This document shows positions 26,101 to 38,100 of a stretch of DNA of 64,000 nucleotides, piece after piece. Origin of the DNA: Dipteris shenzhenensis. Taxonomy: Eukaryota. Below the pieces are notes generated by a model. The model made no database searches and had not been told where the DNA came from. It was given only the letters and a program-made list of their open reading frames with translations. The DNA is taken from the NCBI GenBank assembly GCA_047967505.1, contig CM106538.1. One strand, 5' to 3'. The position numbers and the translations under genes are program-made. Positions within the stretch are counted from its first letter, which is position 1. Every line of letters starts with the position of its first letter.

Positions 26101-29100
26101 ATAATCTTGTATATAGTGTTGTGAAAACCCGCTAAATAGGTTTTATGATCTTGTATGTATTTTTTCACATAAGCTAGTGGATGGTAATCGTGACTATGGC
26201 CCTTGTTATAGTTGGAACCGGAAGCGTGTGGTTATCCCACATGGACATTTTAAATTTCCCTCTCCATGTGTATGGAAAGGGGCAAGGAGGCATAATTGCA
26301 TTTTTGTGGGTTAAAAATTGAGATCTTAGACCTTGAAGGAATAGGTTGTTTCTAGAGAATATAGAGATTAGGCTACATTCATACTAATGCATGTCTCATC
26401 TTCAAACTAAAGGAAACGGGATTTAAGAACATAGAATCTACCTTGGACATGATTAACAAGGAGAAGGATGACGAGAGTCTTCTTGCATTGCAAGAGATTA
26501 CAAAGGAAGAAGAGATTTGAGCCTCTTGTTACAAAAAGGAATGTATGAAAACGTATGGAAGGAAGTATGATTCTTGTACGACTCCTAGGCCTTTGTACAA
26601 CTCTAGTATTTCGATTAACATTCTTTCACATGCATTAGCCTAACTCACTAACAAGGATTGAATGTTGTTTGAGCCCATTGGTAACATTGTAAAGAATATG
26701 TGGATATGTATGTGAGCATTTGTTTACACTATTGTCTACACCCATCCTTTGGTGTTCGTGACAGCACTATTGTCTACACCCATCCTTTGGTGTTCGTGAC
26801 ATCGGTTGAAATGCCATAAACTGTATGCTAGTCTTTGCTATGTGATGGAGTTTATGGTTTTCAACCTCGCGATTGCAATGAGATTGGAATCGCACTAGTT
26901 ATGCTTTTAGAGTGTTAGGGAGATATGCCCTTGAATTCATTTTATCATTAGTGTCTTTAGCTCCTCTTTGTGGGATGCATTCATGGAATGTAAGGTAGCT
27001 TGTCGTCAAGATGTTGCAATGATAGTACCTCGAATGGGTCATGTGCTTGCAAGAGTTGCATCTAATCTTGTTGCTTGGCATGCTTGAATAGTCAAGGTGG
27101 CATGAAAGCAACAACACCCATGGAGAATGAGAGATGTACAGAGTCCTAGATCTAGATGCCCACACACTTCTTTCTGCAAGTCCACATTGAGAAAGGTTGT
27201 TTTTAAATCCAACCAAGCACTTGACAAAACCAGAATAGGCCTTCAACTTGATTGGTGGTACCATTTTTATTTATGTAGACTAAATTGAAAACTTATTGTG
27301 TGCAGTCTACCTATATATGGGTGGATCTATTTATATGCACTTGATAACATCGTCTCACTATGTGATATGCTTTGTAATGATATGATGCATGGTTCTCGTG
27401 AGGCTAGCTCTAAGTCGAGCGACCTCATATACGAAGTGTAGGGCATATCTTTGGTTTGGGTGGCCCATAACTTTGCTCATTTCTAGGCATCCATGGAGTG
27501 AAGTTAAAGTGGTTTTGTTATATCCCTCGGATCTCATAGTATTTGGGGCATCGGGTCAAGACACGCTCCTAAGTCACTTCAATGTTGTGAGAGCCGTTGT
27601 GGTGTTTATTGCTATCAACTTTGGTCATTGTATTGCTCGATCAGTTACTTTAGAGTCTTGGAGAGTTGGCATATGGACTATGGAGGCACGGCATCCCAAG
27701 TTGGGTAGGCTCATCAAGCGTTGAAAAGGTGAAAAGTAGAAGCATCAAGCTTCAAAAGCTACAACCATCGGTGAATAGGAAGCTCAACGAAGAGACGCTT
27801 CAAACAGTTCGAATAGGAAGCTCGGAAGGAAGAAGGAACTTGGAGACGCAGTAGAAGCTTGCTTGAAAGAGTCTAGAAGAGAGGCAGTTATCAAAATAGA
27901 AGAGAGGCTGTGAGAGTCACGCTACTTGTGCAGCGGCTTGGAAATGGGTACAGGTTTTTGTCTTTGAAGGATATGGATTCTGTCAATAGAAGTATTACAG
28001 AGAAGCACAGAGGCCGTCGCCATGTCACATTGGATTTGCTAGGTCATATTGCTTAGTTTCATGTTGAGGCTTGGGTACACAGCACATGTAGCCTCTCCTT
28101 TCATGGTACTTCGTCCTTCCCTTCTATATGTGTGTTACGTCAACTATAATACTGTGTGACCACGGTATAAGGCAGAAAGCTAGAGAGCTTGGCAACACTT
28201 GCATTAATAGGACCTAAAGGACTTGGATCCAGGGTCACGCATCTAGGCATTTATGAGGTGGTGCATAAGGAGTCTTAGAGAGGGCTATAAAGAGAGGAGT
28301 CCCTTATGGGACATGTGGCACCAAAGTTGGAGGCCAAGTGGCAAGTTCTGGGCTAGGAGGGAGGATTCTAGAGGGAGCCAAAAAAGGAGGTTTGGGGGAA
28401 GAGGACCTCAGAGACGTAGACTCCAGAAAGAATTCGTGGCGGGTGGACTAGCAGAAGAGAAGCCCTTGTTCAGGGCTCGTATCATTGGTATCAAAGCCAA
28501 CAATTGTGATTTCATGGAGAGTTGGCATATGGACTATGGAAGCACGACATCCCAAGCTGGGTAGGCTCATCAAGCGTTGAAAAGGTGAAAAGTAGAAGCA
28601 TCAAGCTTCAAAAGCTACAACCACCGGTGAATAGGAAGCTCAACGAAGAGACGCTTCAGACAGTTCGAATAGGAAGCTCGGAAGGAAGAAAGGAACTTGG
28701 AGACGCAGTAGAAGCTTGCTTGAAAGAGTCTAGAAGAGAGGCAGTTATCAAAATAAGAAAGAGAGGAGAGGTTGCCAGAGTCATGCTACTTGCACAGCGG
28801 CTTGGAAGTTGGTACAGGTTTTCGTCTTTGAAGGATATGGATTTTGTTAATAGAAGTATTACAGAGAAGCACAGAGGCTGTCGCCATGTCACACAAAGGT
28901 TTTAAAACCTTTATTTGAAAAAAAAAGCCATGTCATTTAAGGTCTCCCATAGTCTTTTTAACCTTCTTTATATCTCAAAAGAAAATCCTAAGGTTCATAT
29001 CATTCCCTTAGCCTCATCGAAATTAAAGAAGATCGAAATGAGGATTTTGAGAGCGAAGTTGGGGATCGAGTTCAAGGAAAGCGAAGGCGAGATCAACAAT

Positions 29101-32100
29101 CAAAGAAAGCGAGATGACTTTCAAGACGAATCTAACGCCTTGAACAAATACTAAGAAAGTGAGCATCATGTTTTTTTGTTTGACAAAGCGTTTTGCTTTA
29201 TATTTTTTAAAAAATATACGTCTTTAAAATGACAACTCCAAAAAGGAATAGTATGATTAGGGAGGTCGAGGAAAGGGCTAGAAAGGAAAAAGCAATAGTT
29301 GGAGAGGAAATACATGAGGATGTACAAACCGAAACGCAAGAGGATAATGTAGAAATGTTGTGTTTAAGAGATTGGAAACTTCATTGAAGATGAGCACCGT
29401 GGATCATTCACAGAGTGATGGTCAAATTGAAAGGGTCAATCAAATAATAATAATAATAATATAACAGTGTTAAACATTCAGATATATGGATTTTAACCAA
29501 GAGTCCCAATGACAGTGGGACTCCAAAAAGAGAAGGTTCACGCGACCAAAGACTCTTTTTGTAGAGAAGGGGGAAGGGCAGATTTGGAGATGGGGAGAGA
29601 ATAGCAAAAGGAGGGGAGGAGAAGAGAGGAGAAGGGGAAGGAGAAAGGAAGAGAGAGAAGGCTGAGGGGATAGAGAGAGGGAGAGAGAGAGTGTGAGCGT
29701 AGGCAGTAGGTAGCAAGAAGGAGCGTAGATAGGATTAGATGTCACATCAAAAAGTGCCTTACAATCCTTTTGGGTTGACTTATATAGTCCCCCACAGTTC
29801 CCACATTTCCTTTACTATTCTCCCATCTATTACCCCCTTAAAATCCTTCTTTTTCCCACCTTCATTACAGCCATCCCTTCCCAAAGAATTTTGCCCTCAA
29901 AATTTCCAAGAGGGTGCCCTGGATGAGAAGGATACAACAGAAACTGATCAGCTTTGTAGGAGATAGGGGTAGTCCTGCACAATGCTCTCAGGTTGCCAAG
30001 AATTCTCATCTTCCGTTAAACCTTTCCATTTGATGAGGTATTCTGTGTAGGCTTTGTTCCTGAGTTCACGATCTCTGAAGCCCTTGATTTGCTCCGGCAC
30101 ATAGATTATGTGGCCCTCTTCATCCATAGGAGGCAGCTCAGGAAGAACCTGGACATGCTGTCCGACATGTGGTTTCAGCAAGGATACATGGAAAACATTA
30201 TGGATCTTAGAGGTACTGGGTAGTTCCAACTGATATGCTACCTGCCCAACTTTGCGGATGATTTTGTAGGGGCCATAATACCTGTGGGCAAGCTTTGTGT
30301 TGGTATTACCTTTCAGCGAGGAATATCGATTCTTATGGAGACGTAAATGCACATAATCCCCTTCTTCAAAAGATAAGTACCTCCTTTGTTCATCCGCATA
30401 CTTCTTCTGCTTGGCTTGGGCATCCTGCATATTCCTCTTAGCCAACTGCAGAAGGGCATTCATACTCTCCAAATCATTCCTTGCTTGCTGATTTTTCACA
30501 GCCAAGTTTGCAACCTTGGAAGGCATTCCCACTTTGCATCCATACATAGCCTCAAATGGACTCATGCCAATAGAGAGGTGTTTGGTGCTGTTGTAGCAAA
30601 ATTCAGCCAATGCTAACCATTTGTCCCAAGACTTCTGCGTGTCATGACAGTAATGCCTTAGATACTCCTCCACCCACTTGTTCACCCTCTCTGATTGACC
30701 ATCCGTCTGTGGATGATAAGCAGTACTAGGCGCAAGGGAAGTACCAACTGCAGTGAATAACTCCTGCCAAAAGTGACCCATAAATTTAGCATCCCTGTCA
30801 CTGACAATCTCCTGAGGAAAACCATGGTGCTTGAACACATACTCAATGAATTGCCAGGCAACCTGTGAAGCGGAGTACCGAGTTTTAGTCGGTATGAAAT
30901 GGGCCTGCTTAGTCATCCTGTCAACCACCACAAATATGCTATCCCAACCCTTATCTGTAGAAGGCAAGCCTGTAATGAAGTCCATGGCAATGTGAGTCCA
31001 TTTGCCTTCAGGAATGGGTAGCGGTTGCAGAAGGCCTACGGGTAACCGGCTGTCCACTTTATTTTGTTGGCAGGGCAAACATTCACTGACAAACTTAACC
31101 ACATCTCGCCACAAACCATCCCAAATAAAGCTCTCCTTGACTTTTTCATATGTTTTTGTGATACCCGTATGCCCTGACATAGGGGATGAGTGCATTTCCT
31201 GTAATACCATCAACCTGTACTTGGAGTCTGGCACAAGATAAATTCTGTCCCTGCACCATAACAGTCCGTTGCGGAGCTGAAATCGAACATGTCCTTGGCT
31301 GGACGGACTCTGTAACTCCATAAAAATAGGAGCTGCATCAGAATTTTGCATGTGTTCCTCCTGAATCCCAATTATCCACTCTTGATGAAGCGTGGAAATG
31401 GCAGACAGTTTGCATGACCACATCCTGGACAAGGCATCAGCAACCACATTCTCTTTCCCCTTTCTATATTCAATGTCAAAATCATAGGACTGAACTGCAG
31501 CCAGCCATCTCTTCTGCTTCATGGATAAATTAGGCTGCGTTAAGAAGTACTTGAGTGTCCTGTGATCCGTTTTGACCTTAATCTTGCTACCGTACAGGTA
31601 GTGGTGCCATTTTGCAAAAGCATGCAAGATTGCTAGCATCTCTTGATCATAAACATGATAATTCATTTCTCTGGCATTAAACTTCCTGCTCTCAAAAGCA
31701 ATCACACCATGCTCTTGTTTTAGGACAGCCCCTAAACCTTTGCCACTGGCATCCGTCTCAATAATGAAAGACCGTGAGAAATCAGGGCACACCAATACAG
31801 GTGCATTGCTAAGGGCATTCTTGAGGTTATCAAAGCTGAGTTGTGCTGCTTCTGACCATTGGAAGGCATCCTTTTCCAACAAATCAGTGAGAGGGGCAGC
31901 CCTTTTGGCGAAGTGCCTAATGAATCTCCTGTAAAAAGAAGCAAGACCCAAGAAACCTCTGAGCTGCGTGGTATTTTGTGGCTGCGGCCACTCCTTAATG
32001 CATTTCACCTTAGCTGGGTCTACCTTGATTCCGTGCCTGCTTACAACATGACCAAGACATTCAACCTCCTCTGCCATAAATGTGCACTTGCTGGCCTTGG

Positions 32101-35100
32101 CATAAAGCTGATGCATTCTCAAGATTTCTAGCACTTGTCGGACATGGTCAATGTGTTCCTGTGCATCCTTACTATAAATGAGAATGTCATCGAAAAATAC
32201 CAGCACACATTTGAAAAGAAGGTGGTGTAAGATCTTGTTCATGAGTGCCTGGAAGGTGGCTGGTGCATTAGTCAAACCAAAAGGCATCACCTTGAACTCA
32301 TATAATCCTCTTTCTGTACGAAAGGCAGTCTTATGCTCATCACCCTCTTTCATCCTGATCTGATGGTAACCTGACCTCAAATCAATCTTCGTGAAATACT
32401 GAGCACCCTTGAGTTCATCCAGCAGGTCATCAATCCTGGGAATAGGAAACCTGTTCTTAATGGTGGTCTTATTCAATTCTCTGTAATCAATGCACATACG
32501 AAAAGAGCCATCCTTCTTTTTCACCAGGAGTACTGGAGATGCAAATGGCGAGGTGCTATGAGCAATGAAGTTTTTCTCAAGCAAATCTCGCACCTGTGTT
32601 GCCACTTCTTCCCGTTCAACCTTAGAGAGTCGGTACGGGGCCTTGTTTATTGGTTTACTACCATGTTCCAGGACTATGGCATGATCAACATCTCTTTTTG
32701 GGGGCAACTGAGATGGCATATCAGCAAACACATCCCCAAATTCTAAGAGCAATTTCTGCATTTCACAATTATCCACATGGGGAATACCACCCTCCTGAGG
32801 TACAGAGACATTCAATGCATAAATGGCACTTTCGTTCTTGAGTTCCCTAGCTAGCTGCCTTGCTGAAATGACCTGCAATTTCTGATTCACAATGCCCTGC
32901 AATGTAACAGTTCTACCTTTGTGGCAAAACTCAAGAGATAAAGCATTCAAATCTATACTGATTTTCCCCAGGGATTTCAGCCAATCACAACCCAGGACAG
33001 CATCTATGGGTCCCATATCCAATGCCAAAAGATCACCTGCAAACTCATAATGATCAGAAAACTTGATCCTGGCATCCTGGCAACAATGTCTGCTGATCAT
33101 GTGCTGTCCATTCGCGATCTCCACTTTCAGACCATGGTCTATCTCTGTAGCAACTAATCCCAATCTTTTCAATGTTCTACAATTAATGAAACTGTGAGTG
33201 CTACCACTGTCTACCAATACATGGACAGATCTGCCATTAATCATTCCCTTCAACCTGATTGTGTCAGCACTTTTGGCACCCATCAAGGCATGTAGTGAGA
33301 TGGTATACAGTGTAGGCTGGACATCCCAATAAATCTGTTCATCATCCACAGGAACACTACCATTAGCATCACCTCTGACAGGAGAAGGCATTGTAGGTTG
33401 ATGCTCCAACACAGAGAGTGTTGGCTTACGGCCTTTCCTGCTACATGTAGGCTGAATATCAATCTCATGCATCACATGAGTGGTTTGCTCAATAGCCCCA
33501 CCCGGATCAAAAGGAAAAGCAGTCCCCTTTGTGGCATCTGTGTCAGGAGACTCATCTACATCATGAACTCCTGTCAATTCCTCATGAGAGACATCATGGG
33601 GGTCTCCTACATCAGCCACTTCATCATCATCAGATAATTCAATTATCATGCTGAGTTTGGCTGAGCTGACATTCTTCATTTTGCACACATCTCGGTGCTC
33701 AGGTGTCCATTTCTCTCCACACCTAAAGCATAAATTTGCCTTCTTCCTACTGTCCATTATGGCTCTGGAATGTTGTTTAACTTCTGATTTGCCAAAACCA
33801 GCGCTGGGTTTGACACCTGTCTTTGCATCCATGGGCCTGTATGGCTTTGCATATGGCATCTTACTTCTTGAAACCGTTGGATATCGTGGGAAGGAAGCAG
33901 CTGCTGGTTTCTTATCAATCCAATCAGCAGAATTTGTCTTCCTGTCAGCATCATAAGCAGTACCATAGAAGCTATGTGACACATGCTTGTACTTGCCAGC
34001 ATATTTTGGCTCAAACACCTCAGCAAGCTGGGCTGCTCGCTCAATGGTTAGAGGATTGTGAGCTCTCACATCAGCAGCTAGAGAGGGATCTAAGCCTTGT
34101 ATAAAACGCAGCAACTTCCCTTTCTCAGAAATATCTTGTACAAACAAAGAAAGTCTCCAAAAACGCTGCAAGTACTCCTGGACCGTACCTGTTTGTGACA
34201 GTGCATAGAATTCAGCAAGGTACTGTTCAAGGATCAGGGCCGAGACGAAGGTCGTGACCATAAGCTCCTTGAACTGTTTCCAGGTGGTAGGCTTCTGAGG
34301 TGACTCTCGCATGTAACGCCACCATGTATGCGCATAATCCTGTAAATGCATGCCAGCAAAAATGATTCTCTCCTCGTCATTCTTAGGGTAGAAGCGGAAA
34401 TAATCTTCAAGCTTCGTGAGCCACTCCTCCAACTCATTGGGAGTACGAGTGTCACCCTTAAACTTATGCACAGAGATTTTATCTTTCACATCTTTGGCTG
34501 CGTTATTCCTATAGTGATTACCAGCATACTCACGCTTGAAGCTCACATACTGTGAAAAGGACATCTCATTACGAACATCCTCAGGCAAAGCCCTATATGA
34601 ACGTAAGGCATCTGAAAGCACATCATCCATGTTTGCATGCTGCCCACTTCCAGCATCATGCTGGTTAGGAGAGCCACTCCCCTGATGCATAAAGTGCGTC
34701 TGACTGAAAGCATTACCTCCCTGATACGCAGGCTGAGTCTGACTGAATGTATTAACAGGAGGTGTCATTGAAGCATGCAATCCCTGCTGAGTCTGCCTGC
34801 CATAAACATCTCGGTGGGTGGGTGGCATAGAAAAAGGTTGAGAAGAGGACTGGCCCCTCTCCCAACTGCCCTGAAACCCAACACCCAATCCAGGCATGCT
34901 CGCCGTTGGCAAAAATGTGCCAATGGGCCGGCCCAAAATGGACGGCTCAGCCAATGAAATATGCGAGCCAAATGGAGGCCTGAAATCAATAAGAGAAGTG
35001 CTCGGCGGCACGGGCAAGGCATCACCAAAATCAACATAATCCCCATGCTGGGGTGCATGCATAGAACCAACATCATAAGTGCGACGGCCATCAGCCATAA

Positions 35101-38100
35101 ATCCCCTGTGTGGGTCAGGAAAATCACCCTGGCTATCCGACTGATCCCCGTGCTGGGGCGCGGGCTGCTTACCCTTATCGTGCATACTGATGGCGGTAGT
35201 GATCTGTTGCCCAAGGTTCTTACCCATCTGGGTGATAGCTGTATCGTGCATAGCCATAGCAGTGGTGAGCTGCTGCCCCAACTGCTGACCCATCTGCTGA
35301 AAAGCCCCTTGAAGCATCGAGGCCAATGCATCTAGAAACTGTGTGTCGGTAGGCATAGCAGAAACTGGCTGTGAAGGAGATGCACCCTCTGGGACCGGCA
35401 TCTGCTCCTGCTGAGCAACATCGTCACCGTGCTGAGATGACTCATCTGACCGGGGTGCACGTTTGGGTGCCATGAGTGACACGAGGAAAATGTGCCAAGT
35501 GTCGAAGGCTCGATGTAGAGGCTCGCGAGGTGTCAGTAAAGAGGCTCAATTGCAGTCGTTGAAGAGGGTCGAAGAAAGCTCGATGAAGAGGCTGGGAAGG
35601 GGGCTCAAAATGAGCCACGAAGGTGGCTTAGAAAGGCCCAGAATAGGGCTGTAGGAGTACCCTAAAAGAGGTTTTTTTTTTTTTTTTTTTTTTTTTGGGT
35701 GTGTGTGTAGCTTAGGACAACTAAGACACCTAGGGTAGTCTCAACTAAACCAAACTGACTAAACCCAACCTTATCCAATCACTAACCTAACTAGACCTAA
35801 ACTAACCTAACCAACCAAACCTAAACCTAACCCTATCTGAACTAACCCTAGTTAAAGTCTAGGACCTTGTAGACTAAGGTTTGCAGGGCGGCAGAGGTGG
35901 CGCGCGACTGGCGGAGCAGAAAGCGACGGGGAGGAGACGAGGTTCGGAGGCGGTGCGGCGTAGGAGACTACAGGGTGTAGATGCCACGAACAAAGATGGG
36001 CTCCGACGACTCACGAACGGCGACGGGAGGCGCAGGGCTCCGACGAATCACGGAACGGGTAGCTTGAGGCTGTGGTGATGGGCAGCTCGAGGCCATCGGT
36101 GGCAGCCGTGTGGAGCTTCAGATTAAAATGGTCGGAGGGCTCTCGTGCGCTTGGGCTGTGGTCTCGTGGATGCCCTCGTGGGTTGCTGTGGAGCGCTGGT
36201 ACTGTTTGCTTGCTCGAAAGGGGATTTGCAAGTGAAGGGGAAACGAAGGTGCCAGAGAGCGGTGCTCTGATACCAATGTAGAGAAGGGGGAAGGGCAGAT
36301 TTGGAGATGGGGAGAGAATAGCAAAAGGAGGGGAGGAGAAGAGAGGAGAAGGGGAAGGAGAAAGGAAGAGAGAGAAGGTTGAGGGGATAGAGAGAGGGAG
36401 AGAGAGAGTGTGAGCGTAGGCAGTAGGTAGCAAGAAGGAGCGTAGATAGGATTAGATGTCACATCAAAAAGTGCCTTACAATCCTTTTGGGTTGACTTAT
36501 ATAGTCCCCCACAGTTCCCACATTTCCTTTACTATTCTCCCATCTATTACCCCCTTAAAATCCTTCTTTTTCCCACCTTCATTACACTTTTGAGGATATG
36601 AATTAAACGCTTAAGTTAGCTAAAGATAGCATAAGAAGAGCTCAAGATAGAGCACGAAGTTATGCAAACCCCCACCGTAAGTTGGAGTTTAAAGTAAATG
36701 AGAGTCTACCTTAAGATACTTGAATCTTCAGAATCTCTAAAAATCAGTAGATGTCCGAAGTTGTCTCCTAGGTATTGTGGACCATTCATAATACTTAAGA
36801 AGATTGGAGAACTTGCTTATAAATTAGTCTTACTTGAGGGATGTAGAGTACATCCAGTTTTTCATGTTAGTAGGCTAAAAAGAAATCTAGGAGATGATGA
36901 TAATCTCATTGGAAATGAAGTCCTAGTTGAACTTATTAAACCTGCATCTTTATCACATGAACTAGGAAAAATTTTAGATACACAAAAAAAAAGAAGGCGA
37001 CATACTATATGGAAAGAATGTTTGGTTAAGTGGAAAGATAAGTCTGAAGAGAGTCCAACATGGAAAAGGATAAGCAGTCTTCAAAGGAGGTTTTTCAATT
37101 TTGTTTTTGAGGACGTAAACATTTCGTAAGGGAAAGGGAATGTTATGTCAACCATAATACAGTGTGACCATGGTATAAGACGGGAAAGCTAGAGGGCTTG
37201 GTAGCACTTGCATTAATAGGGCCTAAAGGGTTTGGATCCAGGGTCACACCTAGGTCTAGGCATTTATGAGGTGGTGCATAAGTAGTCCTAGAGAGGGCTA
37301 TAAAGAGAGGAGTCCCTTATGGGACATGTGGCACCAAAGTTGGAGGCCAAGTGGCAAGTTATGGGCTAGGAGGGAGGATTTTAGAGGGAGCTAAAAAAGA
37401 AAGGAGGATTGGGGGAAGAGTGTAGAGAAAACGATAGGGTTTGCAGTGGAGCGATCAAAAAGTAGACAATACTCAGATAACCGAAGAACGGAACTCAGAA
37501 AACATAGTACTTGTGGGTAATATGAAAAACTGAATACAAGAACCTCAAGCTGTCATGTCTCAAGGACCGTGGCTGAGGTGAATCAGAAAGATGATTCCAT
37601 GTAGAGAAACCGTAGAAAAGATAGCAGCAGAGGGAGCGTAACGCAGTCCTCCGTGTAGCACGATGATGATGAAGATAAGGAGCAGATCTGGAGCAGGAGG
37701 GGACAGATCTGGAGCAGAGGAGCAGAAGAGACAGATCTGGAGCAGGATGGGACAGATCTGGAGCAGAAGGGACAGAGCTGAAGCAGAGGAGCAGATCTGG
37801 AGCAGAGGAGCAGAAGTTGGGGCAGCTCTGGAGGAGAGGATGGAGCAGCCAGGAGGCAGGAAGGTGAGGCAGAGAGAAGGCAGCAGCCAGGAGGCAGAGA
37901 GGAGCAGATCTGAAGAGGAGAGGTAGAAGTGGAGCAGGCGGGGCTGCAGCAAAGCATGGAGGAGAAGAGGAGCAGCTGCAGGTCCTGTCCTGTCTGAAGG
38001 AGTGTGGGGTCTTGTGCCTTTATAGGCCAGACCTAGCTGGTCGGCCAGCTGGTCGGCGGGCCGGCCAGCTGGTCGGCCAGACCAGCTGGTCTTTCTGTCC

